DNA from: Eledone cirrhosa
Taxonomy: Eukaryota
Direction: 5' to 3'
NCBI GenBank assembly: GCA_964016885.1
Contig: OZ024741.1
Location: forward strand, 337,528,001-337,592,000
DNA: 64,000 bases
The notes beneath the pieces were generated by a model. That model was not told the origin of the DNA, did no database searches, and was given only the letters and a program-made list of their open reading frames with translations. The position numbers and the translations under genes were made by a program. Shown piece after piece: positions 1 to 13,074 of the stretch. Each line of letters opens with the position of its first letter. Position 1 is the stretch's first letter.

Positions 1-149
1 GGCCGTAAAATGATGATGATAATGATGATGATGATGATTATACGTTTATTTACCTTTCACTAGTTGGTTGCTTGTTCTATCTGTGTGTGTCTGGTTTGTT
101 TTATTAGTTTGGTTCTTGTGTCTCTGTATGTCTTTATCTTGTCCTTAAT

Positions 150-2000
150 TATAGTTGTGATGTTGTTGCTATTCCACTTACGTTTTCTGTTTAATTTTGG
201 TTGGAGTTCGTTGAAGTTTGTCGCTTCTGTAATCTATCAGAGTATTGAGTCTTTCTGTGTGTGGATATGATTTTTATTTCTATGTTCTCTAGTCTTCCCC
301 TATGTTCCATTTTGGCATGTTGGTGGAGTTCTTCTTATCTTGGAGTTCTTGCCAGTGTTCATTTATACTTTCTCATATGATACGGGCTGTCTCAGCTATA
401 TAAGTTGTGTTCCTATTCCTACACTGTCCCTCCATACATCTTATGCTATATACTACGTTCCTTGTTTTGCAGTTAATTTGGGCTTACTTTTCAGACTATA
501 CATTTCCTATCAGTGCTAGGGTTCTTTTCAAAAGGATATATTCTGCTAATTAGGGCTTTTATGGGAATACCTGGTTTTTCAACTATCTTAATTTTAGTTT
601 GTCTAGAGCCCTTCTAAATCTGTAAGCTAATTCTCTTCTGGGAGTTGCAGTGACGAACAGTACACTCTGGTGTTTATTGCTGTCATACCACAAGTTGACT
701 TTATTAATCTTTTTCTTAGTTCTTTCTATCTTATTCCAAAATTTATTTCTATACATGGGGCAAGTTCTATTTGCATTATTTTCTACAATCTTCATCCATT
801 TGGCCCTGGCTCCTTTATACACCCTGATCCTGTCTCTCAAATTATAGCCAGAGGACTGTATGTAGTGGATGAAGTGTTGTATGTATCTCTCTAATTCATT
901 AGGATTACATATGTGAGACAGATTCTTCATCACTCTTACTAAATCTGCAATATGTTAACTTTCATTTATCCGAAATGGTTTCTAACAGAGTTCTGTGTCT
1001 AGTACTGGTAATATATGGATGGGATGTTTAGTTAGGTAGTCTATGGAAACTTTAATGTTCTGGTGGATGGAGTTAGCTAATTTATGGATGCTTTCCATGG
1101 TGTTCCTTTCTAATTCCTGACCGTTCTCCTGCAGGAGTGATTTCATTACGATGTTTATGTCATTTACGTAGCAGGAATATATAGTCAGGGTTATAGAGTT
1201 CTCATGTAAGTGTTCCTTAAGTCTCCTGTCCCACCATACCATAAAGAGTTTAGCTATGTCGCCAGCAATTCTGACACCAATGGCATCTCTCTTCTCTTGG
1301 GCTTATGTTTTGCCATTGAACTTAAATATATGTTTCTTAAGGGTTAGTTTTATACTGGCCCCCACTGCATATGCAGTCATTTTCTTTACTTAGTCGTTGT
1401 TTTCAGGGGTCCGTATGGCTCTGGTCCACCCGCTCCATCTTTCTGTGTGGGTTCTTAGCCATTGAGGTAATGGTAGGTGGTCTGCCTCCCACTGGCCTTG
1501 TGGGACATAGGTTGCTATGGTCATGTATCTAAATAATCCTTATCCGGTGTAAGTCTAAGTAGGAGCCCAGCTCACAGGTATCAATCCCATGGAAATCCAC
1601 ATCACACTCGCTGATCATCTCTATGCATTTTTCCACAGTAAAATCAACATTGCTAGATGGGTATGGGGACACAACATCCATACTACCTATTGTACAGACT
1701 ATCAGGTCCCCAGATAGGTTGCATTTGTTGATTCTGCAGAGGAGGTCTTCTGTACTGTCAGATATGTCTGGGGACATTTCGATTACGGGGTATATGATCA
1801 TGGACTGGAGCTAGGAGAGTCTCTAGTTATTGGGAATGTTGGTTCCACAGACAGGTTGTGTTGACTGAGTCACTATTTGCTTTGTGGTCTTTGTGAAGCA
1901 CATGCAGCATCAGTACATCGTTGTTCCAGGCATGGAAGTTGTTGGCTATACGCTTGTTAGATTGCATTAGGCTAGACCACATCATGATGTGAACATTGAG
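150..2000 (-). pseudogene. Decayed Penelope-like element (RT + GIY-YIG), same family as 18165-21897
   Basis: Broken minus-strand ORFs 1529-1801 (GSMDVVSPYPS), 982-1242 (YSCYVNDINIV, decayed YVDD) and 583-933 (ELERYIQHFIH) are collinear homologues of the 20187-21926 RT; many stops and frameshifts. Confidence 0.9.
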
Positions 2001-2249
2001 GGTTACATATAAATATTTATTTAGTTATATATACAAATATATACACACAAATATATATGCCCAAACATATATATACGAATATATATGCACAAATATATAG
2101 GCACAAATATATATACATAAATGTATATACACAAATAAATACTCACAAAAATATATATACACAAAGATATATATATATATATAACGAAGGAAATGTGGTA
2201 AGGAACCGGGTGGACCATAATGCACCAAAGTACTCAATACTTAGGGTAG

Positions 2250-2375
2250 TAGGAATGAGTAGGACCCCGACGACTGAGCTCAAGCCGTTTTGACGGCTAA
2301 TTCTGGACTAAATTTAGTCCAGAATTAGCCGTCGAAACAGCTTGAGCTCAGCCGTCAGGGTCCTACTCGTTCCTA
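2250..2375. repeat. 126-bp spacerless palindrome between (TA)n tracts, PLE-tail-derived
   Basis: Arms 2250-2312 and 2313-2375 are reverse complements (5 mismatches), centre CTAAA|TTTAG; same tail family flanks the PLE fragment at 33412-33550 and 34274-34342. Confidence 0.9.
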
Positions 2376-2392
2376 TATATATATATATATAT

Positions 2393-2433
<41 letters not shown>

Positions 2434-2516
2434 CTTTATTTGTTAATTTTTCATTCGCACCGTTTCCTTTCGCTATATGTCTCTCCACCACTCCCCTACA
2501 CACCTTTTGAACTCTT

Positions 2517-2548
2517 ACCTGAAGAAGAGCTTATGCCCGAAACGTCGT
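2517..2548 (+). ncRNA. Minimal type I hammerhead ribozyme-like motif
   Basis: AC-CTGAAGA-A-GAGC/TTAT/GCCC-GAAA-CG-TC-GT; palindromic stem III (ACGT), GUC site, only 2-bp stem I; AATAAA about 40 nt downstream. Confidence 0.5.
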
Positions 2549-2633
2549 CCTCCACCTACCCCCCACTCTCCTGAGCGTGAATCTAATAAACATTTGTCGT
2601 ACTGCCTCTCTGTTCTGTCCCTGTTCAATTTTT

Positions 2634-2667
<34 letters not shown>

Positions 2668-2673
2668 TGGACC

Positions 2674-2707
2674 GGGCTGAAGATCTGCAAGGTGAAACAT
2701 TTGTTCT
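2674..2707 (+). ncRNA. Hammerhead-like motif, same family as 54656-54696
   Basis: GGG-CTGAAGA-TCTGCAAGGT-GAAA-CATTTG-TT-CTT; downstream tail 2716-2800 matches the reverse complement of 54550-54637. Confidence 0.5.
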
Positions 2708-2804
2708 TAGTATGGTGAACTAACTGTTGTGATACTACTTCTACTAAACTCGTACCATGGACTGAGTGCTCTACTACTACAGATATAACCTACCAGTGTT
2801 CTAC

Positions 2805-2843
<39 letters not shown>

Positions 2844-2919
2844 TATACAGAAATATATATACAGAATTATATATATACAAATATACACACAAATATATAT
2901 ATACAAATATAAATACACA

Positions 2920-2970
<51 letters not shown>

Positions 2971-3649
2971 CAGCACACTTAAGTACGTAATATAATTTTT
3001 AGAACCCTTTTAAATGTTGTCATGTAATCAAGTGGGATGAAAGGATTTCCAGTCGATTAATCTGTTCACTTAATATGCACTACTTTGAACTGATTGCTTT
3101 AACGAGGTATTCAAATAATCTATGATAAATGCACTAGTTAATTAGTGTAAATAAATAAATAAATAAATAAATAAAAATTGATTTGGGACAGGTGTTTTCA
3201 TTTCATATGAAAGAATATTATCTGCATGGCATCTCCCATATTGTATAGTAGATCAAGCTTTCATGTCTGGCTAAATATACTGTCATTCTTCCCTTCACTT
3301 CACTGGTATAACCAATACATATTCATTCATATTTACTAATTTATTAAAATATCAGTGACAGGAAACGATGAATTCGATGATAAGCTGTAAAAGTTGAATA
3401 TTTTTCAAGTAGTCGTTAGAGATGTTAAACCAGAGCATCCACACCTCTCCTTTCTGCCTTTCTCTTCTCATCAAGATGACTCAATTAGAAGTAGTTACAG
3501 AGATGGTCAGCCAGAGCATCTGCTCCTCTCCTCTCCACCTTTCCCATCAAGATGACAATCTAAAAATCCTGATAAATATACATAACATCTTTCAGCGAAA
3601 TCTTTTTTTACGAAGGTAGCATTAATTTGAAGAAAAGATTGATATCTAA

Positions 3650-3865
3650 TTTAGACACAAGGCCAGCCATTTTAGTGTTTAGTGGAAGAGCAAGGTTGAT
3701 TAAATCAACCCCAGTATTTGACAGGCATTTCATTTTATCACCGACCCCTGAAGGTTGAAGAGCAAAGTTGGCTGTCAGGATTTGAACTCAGAATGTAAAA
3801 AAAAACTTGAACAAATAACTCAATAATATTTTATCCAATGTTCTACCAATTCTGCCAAGCCATCA
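3650..3865 (-). mobile_element. tRNA-derived SINE (Deu/Nin-like core), decayed
   Basis: Reverse complement of the SINE at 39860-40040 (GGATTTGAACTCAGAA, ACAAGGCCAGC). Confidence 0.7.
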
Positions 3866-3879
3866 CCCAGGAGGCATGA

Positions 3880-4525
3880 TAGCTAGAATAAAAATAGGAT
3901 GGAAGAAGTTTTGAGGGCTACTTCCACTGTGCAGAGGAGGGTGGTCTGAGGGTGGTCTGAGGGTGGCATAAGAGCTAGAATAAGGATAGAATGGAAGAAG
4001 TTTACAGAGCTACTCCAACTGTTGACAACAAAATTTTTCTCCTTACATACAAAAGAACAACAGTATGATACCTGTATGCGAAGTGTGATGCTGCATGTTA
4101 GTGAAACATGGACTGTGACTGCAGAGGATATGCGTAGACTGGAGAGAAATGAAGCTACCATGCTTCGTTAGATGTGCAATGTAAATGTGATAGAAAGGCA
4201 GAGCTTGGATGAACTGAGGGAGAAACTGGGTTTAAGAAGAATCCAAAATGGTATGCAGGAGAGAAGAATGCATTGGTACAGACATGTGATGTGCATGGAT
4301 GATGATTGCTGAGTGTCAGGAAATCCCAATGGAAGGAAACTGCCATAGAGGTAGACCAAGGAGGACCTAGGCAGAGGTGGTGTGAGCAGATCTCAAATAG
4401 CTGAGACTCACAGAGGAGATGATGATGGGATGCAGTGAATGGAGAGATACTGTGCTAAAAAGGACCCATCCAACCCATGCAAGTATGGAAAAATGGATAT
4501 AAAAATGGTGATGATAATGTTGATG
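3880..4525 (+). pseudogene. 5'-truncated decayed RTE LINE 3' end
   Basis: Translates to IGWKKFTELL...SETWTVTAEDMRRLERNE, homologous to the RTE C-terminus; ends in a GAT-rich tail. Confidence 0.85.
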
Positions 4526-5204
4526 GTATCATGTATCTGCTGATATGATAAACTAGGATTATGGTGATGACATGGCAACAGAGAAACTCATCTAAAGATT
4601 GATAAGAATACATTTTTGACACTAGTTAAAAAAAACAACTAGTTTAATAATAAATTGTCTAAGATTTCTTAAGGCAGCCCGTATTAAACTATTTATTTTA
4701 ATATATGTGGAGATGCTATAAAAAAGTTAATATTCATTTTAACTCTTAATGGCCTGTACTGCATGAAACTGCATTAGCAAAACATTATTGAAAAGTATAA
4801 AAAGCATATATATAAATGCTTTTTCTGTGTGTTTCTATACGTATGTGTGTGTGTGTGTGTATTTTTCTATGCGTATTTGTGTGTGTAGTCATATCTGTAC
4901 TTACATCCACACTGCTTAAGAACCAGTGCTTTAGTTTATGTGCTGTAACATTGCAGTTCAGCAAATAAGGAACGGTAGCTTAAGTACCAGACTTTAAAAA
5001 TAAGTTCTGGGGGTCAATATGATATCAACTAAACCCTTGCAGGTAATGCTCCAGCATGGCCACAGTCAAATCACTGAAACCACTAAAACAATAAATGAGA
5101 CTAGACAATATTTCAACATACTTAAATCAATATTAAATTATGAAGATAAATTGGCAAGTTCAATAGCATCAAACAGTTGTAATTTTACTTAATTAGAATC
5201 TCAG

Positions 5205-6910
5205 TTCTTTCGTTATCATATTTCTAATGAAAGGCACTGCCTATGTTGTTTAACCCTTTCATTACCATAGTTCTAATGAAAGACACTGCCTATGTTGTTT
5301 AACCCTTTCATTACCATATTTGTAATGAAAGACACTGCCTATGTTGTTTAACCCTTTCATTACTATATTTGTAATGAAAGACACTGTCTATGTTGTTTAA
5401 CCCTTTCATTACTATATTTGTAATGAAAGGCACTGCCTATGTTGTTTACCCTTTCATTACCATACTTCTAATGAAAGGCACTGCCTATGTTGTTTAACCC
5501 TTCCATTACCATATTTGTAATGAAAGGCACTGCCTATGTTGTTTAACCCTTCCATTACCATATTTGTAATGAAAGGCACTACCTATGTTGTTTAACCCTT
5601 CCATTACCATATTTGTAATGAAAGGCACTGCCTATGTTGTTTAACCCTTTCATTACCATATTTCTAATGAAAGGCACTGCCTATGTTGTTTAACCCTTTC
5701 ATTACCATACTTCTAATGAAAGGCACTGCCTATGTTGTTTAACCCTTTCATTACCATACTTCTAATGAAAGGCACTGCCTATGTTGTTTAACCCTTCCAT
5801 TACCATACTTCTAATGAAAGGCACTGCCTATGTTGTTTAACCCTTTCATTACCATATTTGTAATGAAAGGCACTGCCTATGTTGTTTAACCCTTTCATTA
5901 ACATACTTCTAATGAAAGGCACTGCCTATGTTGTTTACCCTTTCATTACCATATTTGTAATGAAAGGCACTGCCTATGTTGTTTAACCCTTTCATTACCA
6001 TATTTGTAATGAAAGGCACTGCCTATGTTGTTTAACCCTTCCATTACCATAGTTCTAATGAAAGGCACTGCCTATGTTGTTTAACCCTTTCATTACCATA
6101 TTTGTAATGAAAGGCACTGCCTATGTTGTTTAACCCTTTCATTACCATAGTTCTAATGAAAGGCACTGCCTATGCTGTTTAACCCTTTCATTACCATATT
6201 TGTAATGAAAGACACTGCCTATGTTGTTTAACCCTTCCATTACCATAGTTCTAATGAAAGGCACTGCCTATGTTGTTTAACCCTTTCATTACCATAGTTC
6301 TAATGAAAGGCACTGCCTATGCTGTTTAACCCTTCCATTACCATAGTTCTAATGAAAGGCACTGCCTATGCTGTTTAACCCTTTCATTACCATATTTGTA
6401 ATGAAAGGCACTGCCTATGTTGTTTAACCCTTTCATTACCATATTTGTAATGAAAGACACTGCCTATGTTGTTTAACCCTTTCATTACCATACTTCTAAT
6501 GAAAGACACTGCCTATGCTGTTTAACCCTTTCATTACCATACTTCTAATGAAAGACACTGCCTATGTTGTTTAACCCTTCCATTAACATAGTTCTAATGA
6601 AAGGCACTGCCTATGTTGTTTAACCCTTTCATTACCATAGTTCTAATGAAAGGCACTGCCTATGTTGTTTAACCCTTTCATTACCATACTTCTAATGAAA
6701 GGCACTGCCTATGCTGTTTAACCCTTTCATTACCATATGTGTAATGAAAGGCACTACCTATGTTGTTTAACCCTTCCATTACCATACTTCTAATGAAAGG
6801 CACTGCCTATGTTGTTTAACCCTTTCATTACCATACTTCTAATGAAAGGCACTGCCTATGCTGTTTAACCCTTTCATTACCATATGTGTAATGAAAGGTA
6901 TTGCCTATGA
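5205..6910. repeat. 49-bp minisatellite, about 34 copies
   Basis: Unit TTCTAATGAAAGGCACTGCCTATGTTGTTTAACCCTTTCATTACCATAG; period 49 (5222, 5271, ...). Confidence 0.97.
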
Positions 6911-7058
6911 TTTTCAAATAATTTTTAAAATAATTCATAATTTGGCAGGATTTAGTAATATAACAAACTTTCTCATTATCACGTGGATATTTGGAACATA
7001 ACTTACAGGTTCTTACATGAATTATGATGGACGGTTTTTTTTTATAAATATACATATA

Positions 7059-7594
7059 TTAACCCTTTTGTTATCATATTTCTAATGAAAGACACTGCCT
7101 ATGATTTTCAAATAATTTTGAAAATAATAAGGAATTTAATTAAATTGAAAATTTATATACAGAAATATACAAAGCAATAAGGAAATGAAAAATAGAAGAA
7201 AAAGAAAGGAAATTAAACAATGAAAGGAAAGGAAGAGAGGGAGGGAGCAACAGACTACACCCAAGTCTGAGTGGTATCTCTAAGCTGTATCAAGAATTTT
7301 AAAAGATTTAATATTATGCCTAACTTTCACATTATTAAGTTAATGTTTGGAACATAACTTAACAAAGGTTCTTACATAAAATTTATGATGGAAAGTTTTT
7401 AGATAAATATAAAAACTTTAAAATAAATATTTTTTAAACAGAGAACCAGGGATATTTGGAATATAACTTAACAAAGGTTCTTACATAAAATTTTAATGGA
7501 AAGTTTTTACATAAATATGAAAACTTTAAAATAAATATTTGTTTAAACACAGAACCAGCGTCAGCTTCAGACAGTTCAGTTAGAAAAGAGTTAA
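7059..7594. mobile_element. piggyBac-type MITE (TTAA-flanked)
   Basis: Starts TTAA-CCCTTTT and ends AAAAGAG-TTAA; left end matches the 49-bp satellite unit; related end at 12951 (TTAACTCTTTT). Confidence 0.6.
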
Positions 7595-7637
7595 TATTGA
7601 TTTAGGCTTTTATTCATTTTTGTTGGAATGATTCTTA

Positions 7638-9183
7638 TCTATAAAACTGAGGATGTCTGTCTGTGTGTGTGTTAGTTTGAATCCCTAAAACTCAAGAAGC
7701 ACCCAACCGACTGTTTTCAAACTTTACACATGTAATACTTATGTTTCAGGGAGTGTTCTGAGCAAAGAAAATTTCAAATTTTCAATGCCCTAGGGACCGC
7801 ATTAGGCGATTTAGCGATCTCTCTCTATAATTCTTAGTCTTTCTCTTTTTAGATAGATACATACATATAACGTCAGGCCCTTATAATATCTGTCTGTATG
7901 TCTGGCTGCTGCATTACGTCACTTCCCACAATTCCCTCTGCGTCCAGAACGCGCCCTTATAATATCTGTCTGTATGTATGGCTGTCTGCATAGCACTTGG
8001 CGCGTCAATGTATGGCTGTTAAACGGACCGCTAACGCATTCTGATTCATTCTAAAGGCTACCAGTGGAAGCAACAATAACACCCTCCTTCAAATGTCAGA
8101 GAACGCAGTCAAAGTCACTATTAAGGGCTACAAGTGAACGCTCACATGGCCCTTTTTAGGGCCACCACTTGAAATTGTTGATGGTTACCCCTCCTTACTG
8201 GGGTGACAGTGAATGGCTTACACGGCCCTTTTAAGGGCCCTTGAAATAGCTAATGGCGCCCCTTTCCTTTAGGGCTACCAGAGAACGCACACACGCCTAG
8301 GGGCCCATTTTATTGCACCATTCCTGTATAAATTTGTTAAATTATACCCACAGTTTGGTAAACGTTTGTCCATTTCCGTTTACTTACTAAGGTGCGGTGG
8401 ACTCCTTCGAGAAGGCTTCACATGCTGTCCAATTGCACGTCATGCCTTGCTCAAGCACTGCAGACTTCTCTCTGACATAAATGGTGACATCTGTCTTGCT
8501 GACTCATGCCACGTTATTAAAATACAAAAGCACCAAGTCGATTTTCTCCACATGGAAGGAGAAGCATACCTAATACTAATTGCATCAGAGTATTCGGTTT
8601 ATTTTCTTTACATATTGTCCAGGCATGCAGTTTTTCCATGATTAGGTCTATTGGCGGCCTGCGTTATGTTTCAGGAAGTGTTATGCACATAAAAAATTCA
8701 ACTTTTTGATCCCCTAGGTGAAAAACTGCGTTTTTTCAGCTTTTTAAGGTATTTTGAGGCGTTACGTCAGACCGATTTCCTTGAAATTGTAACTATGTAT
8801 TAGTCAGTCTCTTCTTCATACCGTGAGCAAAGAAAATCCAACTTTTTTATGGCCTACGGCCCACATTAGGTGAAAAACTTCCTTTTTTCAGCTTTTTAGG
8901 GCTTTTTTTTAGGCGTTACGTCTAGCTGATTTTCCCAAAATTTCAAGGCATATTATGTACATAAAAAAAATTCATTTTCTTGATGCCCTAGGGCCCGCAT
9001 TAGGTGGAAACATGCATTTTTCCTGCTTCATCGAGGAAAATTTTAAAGATTATCCAACCATCAGAGTATTCGGTTTATTTTCTTTACATATTGTCGAGGC
9101 ATGAAGTTTTTCAACGATTAGGTCTGTTGGCGGCCCGCGTTCCAAAATACCTTATCCCATGCAACGCCGGGTACCACTGCTAG
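7638..9183 (+). mobile_element. Non-autonomous Helitron
   Basis: A|TC 5' end followed by GTCT/GT microsatellite; 3' hairpin CCCATGCAACGCCGGG then CTAG|T at 9180-9184; internal duplicated blocks (8585-8660 vs 9060-9140). Confidence 0.75.
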
Positions 9184-9266
9184 TAGGGAATAAAAACATA
9201 TTTCTCACAATCCTTATAATTCTCAATTATAAATCCCTATTGACATCCACTCCACATACTCACCCT

Positions 9267-9267
<1 letters not shown>

Positions 9268-9308
<41 letters not shown>

Positions 9309-9441
9309 TCTCATGATCGTCATCATCATTTTCACCATTGCCACCACCTGCACCATTGTCACCACCACTACCATCACCATCATCAACACCATTACTTCCA
9401 CCACCACCACCACCACTATCGTCACCACCACCATTGCCATT

Positions 9442-9484
<43 letters not shown>

Positions 9485-9700
9485 CTTTAACATACATGTC
9501 TCTAAATTTTAGCTTTAGTTAGACTGAATGGCTATGCAAGCATGTCTCCACACCACCATCCTCACCATCATCACCATCATCCTCATGCTAGACTGCATGG
9601 CTATACAAACATGTCTCCACACCACCATCTTCATCATCATAACCATCATCATCATCACCATCATGATGTTAGACTGCATGGCAATATAAGCGTGTCTCCA
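9268..9700. repeat. (CAT/CAC)n microsatellite with three approx. 37-bp repeats
   Basis: TAGACTGCATGGCTATRCAARCATGTCTCCACACCA-like units near 9519, 9588 and 9669 separated by CAT runs. Confidence 0.85.
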
Positions 9701-9824
9701 CACCAACTTCAATACTTCATTAATTCATCTTTAACTACCAAATATTATCTGATATCTCCTAACTGCATCTCACTAAGTCTTCTTATCTCCCTCACCTAAT
9801 GCCTTTATTAGTATCATTAGTATC

Positions 9825-9858
<34 letters not shown>

Positions 9859-10171
9859 TTATTATCATCATCATTATCATTATTCACCTAACATCTACTG
9901 ACATCCCGTTTTATCACCCAACCACACAACTAACTACATACCCCTTTTACCCAACTAAATTCCTGTATTCCCTCTTTATTTGTGCCCTATCAACAGAAAT
10001 ATCTGCCCTTTATAGATCAGATAACTTGTTTTAAATCCATCTTGCTCTTTCAACTCACTTTCCCTCCCCTGCTGCAGAGGCATTTCTCATCAGTTATATC
10101 ACATATCACATATCCATCGACTATATAAACCTTAATATGACATATCCAACCAGTATATATAAATATATATG

Positions 10172-10246
<75 letters not shown>

Positions 10247-10884
10247 TACACACATACACTATATTAAACTCCTTTCTCTCCTATTACTACAAATACTCTC
10301 TGCATTCACAAGCATACTGCATTTCACTTCATATATATAGTTTGCATTTTCTACAGAGACAGAAGTAATCTGTGCTGTATCTAGAATTGAACAATATAAA
10401 ATGTTTATAGTAAACAAGAAAAGGAAGTTGAGAAATTTTAATATCATATTAGTGGACCAGTGCCATCAATAATAATAATGGCAATATCTTTGAATGTATT
10501 TAATGTTTGGAGTTCAGAATTAGGCTGTTCTTAGCTGAAGGCTTATCAGACCAGTGCTTATCCACATTCCTTGGAATAAAGTGACTGAGAGTATAAAACT
10601 CACCATGGATATGATGGGGTCTATCACAGGTTTATCTCCCCAGTTACTGCTTGTACTCACTCTCAGCTGAGTGTACTGAAGCAATGTGAAATAAAATGTT
10701 TTGCAAAAGAAAACCAAGCAGTAACCTGTCCAGGAACTGAACCAGTGACATTAAAATTTGTTTATCATATATAATGTCACTACCAGATATATGCTACTCT
10801 GTTTCATTCTCCATCCTTGTTCATCAAATTTGTATCTGTGCAAAATATAAATAGTATAGATTATACTATTTTTAATTTATGCAT

Positions 10885-11200
10885 AGCTTAGTGATTAGAG
10901 CATCGGGCTTACAATCGTGAGGTTGTGAGTTCAATTCTTGGACCGGATGATTCAAGACACTTTATTTCACGTTGCTCCAGTTCACTCAGCTGTGGGAATG
11001 AGTTGCAACATCACTGATGCCAAGCTGTATCGGCCTTTGCTTTTCCCTTGGACAACATCGGTGGCATGGAGAGGGGAGACTAGTATACATGGGCAACTGC
11101 TGGACTTCCACAAACAACCTTGCCCAGTCTTGAGCCTTGGAGGGGAACTTTCTAGGAGCAAATCTCATCGTCATTCATGACCAAAGAGGGTCTTTACCTA
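10885..11200 (+). mobile_element. tRNA-derived SINE, family B
   Basis: A-box-like TTAGTGATTAGAGC and B-box-like GAGTTCAATTC, then CACTTTATTTCACGTTGCTCCAGTTCACTCAGCTG; second copy at 61705-62030. Confidence 0.75.
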
Positions 11201-12049
11201 TATTCTAGCAACCACCACTGTTTCCCATATGTCATTTTTATCTTTATATGAAAACAAAAGGCTTAGTTGTATAATATTGAAAGAATGTATATCATCATGC
11301 AAACTGAACTGATAAATTCACATTGTGTTTAATTAATGGTTTGCACAAGATAAACCCTATACTTTATGTTGATTACTGATTATGGAAATGATTAAAGATA
11401 AAAATTATATTTTAATTTATTTCTAAAATATAAATACATAAATACATTGTTTTTGGAGAAGATAACTCTCATAATACTGGGTCCTCAAGTGGCATATTGA
11501 AGAATGACCTTCAGATATGATGGTTAGCTGCGAATATATTGAATAAGCAGTCTTGGATGAAATCCCAGGTTGCCCTTTGGCAAGGTATAGTACCTGGCAG
11601 CCACATGTGTGGGGGTTATGCAAAGATCCATTTGGGAAGCAGGAATGGTGATTGGGCTGAAAAGTGAACACTGATAAAGAGTTGTCTCAGTTTTCAGTGA
11701 TTGTTCACCTAGTGGAGAAACTGATCATCAGGTCAGTGGTAGGGGAACTTTTCCTCCATCAGTGGAGCACTGAACCTGTGAGAGTCATGGCACATCATCA
11801 CAGTACTTCAGCTAATAGAAAACATGACTAACATGACTGGTAAATACATAAATATTCCACATGTATGAACAAAGGCCATATGAGATTAAATGTATGAGAA
11901 ATTTTGGAGCAATAACTATTTACAAAGGCAAATGTAGGGTTAGGACCCATGACATTGTGATGGGAAAGTGGACTTCTTTTTTGTAGCAACATGGTTGATA
12001 CAGGAAATGTATTGTGTGTATATATGTGTAAATTACAGACTGAGATTAT

Positions 12050-12745
12050 CATTATCATCAACACTGTTTAACATCGATTTTTCCACACTAGCATGGGTTA
12101 GATGAGTTCTCCAGTTGTGAAACAAGCCAGATCAAATGACCATGTCTTGCTCATACAGAACTGCTTCTGGCTTGGTTTATATGGCTGGATGTCCTTCCTA
12201 ATGCCAATCACATTTACAATGTGAGTTGGGCGCTTTTTATCATGGGACCAAAATGACCACTTTACCAAGTGGAGTAGGAGCTTTTTGTTGTGACACCTTT
12301 TGTCATGTAACCAACACAACCACTTTACTCTGTGGACTGGGCACTTTTTGTCATGTTACCAACACAACCACTTCACTCTATGGACTGGGCACTTTTTGTC
12401 ATGTTACCAACACAACCACTTTACAGTGTGGCCTGGGCACTTTTTGTCATGTAACCAACACAACCACTTTACTCTGTGGACTGGGCACTTTTTGTCATGT
12501 TACCGACACAACCACTTTACAGTGTGGGCTAGGCACTTTTTGTCATGTTACCAACACAACCACTTTACTGTATGGACTGGGCACTTTTTGTCATGTTACC
12601 AATACAACCACTTTACAGTGTGGACAGGGCGCTTTTTGTCATGTTACCAACATGACCACTTTACAGTGTGGCCTGGGCGCTTTTTGTCATGTTACCAATA
12701 CAACCACTTTACATAGTGGACTGGGTGCTTTATATCATGACACCA
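12050..12745 (-). repeat. RTE 3'-UTR fragment with 42-bp unit expanded to about 12 copies
   Basis: 12050-12225 matches RTE tail 25370-25545; unit TTTTGTCATGTTACCAACACAACCACTTTACAGTGTGGACTGGGCAC-like, period 42. Confidence 0.9.
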
Positions 12746-13074
12746 ATATATAAATATACAAATACACATGTCATATTATACTGGTTAATAGTGAGTGACG
12801 TTGCTGTCATTTGTGCCATCTGCAGCAATACTCGAATTTTCCTTCCACTTCCATGAAAAAACATAACATAATATACAAAATGTGTTTCCCTTAATATGTA
12901 CATAAACTGACAAATCTATATCTTTTGTCTATTCTAGTAATTTTTACCATTTAACTCTTTTGATATCGAACTACCTGAAACTGCCTCTGATTATATAATA
13001 TTGCACTGTTTTAAAGTGCTTATATTTGCCTAAAAGATTTTCCACCAAAATTTTATGTATAAACCTTTCATAAG

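Noticed and set aside
5205-6910. CRISPR-like array with palindromic repeat
   Set aside because: Units are contiguous with no unique spacers, there are no cas genes, and the context is eukaryotic
9159-9512. Poly-His ORF
   Set aside because: Translation of (CAT)n; the same applies to the YIYI, poly-V, poly-T and poly-D ORFs throughout
9518-9705. Three approx. 37-bp repeats with variable spacers
   Set aside because: Spacers are just CAT/CAC microsatellite; this is a tandem duplication, not CRISPR
10885-10960. tRNA gene
   Set aside because: Only A/B-box-like SINE head, with no complete cloverleaf
12226-12753. 175-aa Cys/His repeat protein
   Set aside because: In-frame 42-bp minisatellite from an RTE 3' UTR, read antisense to the element
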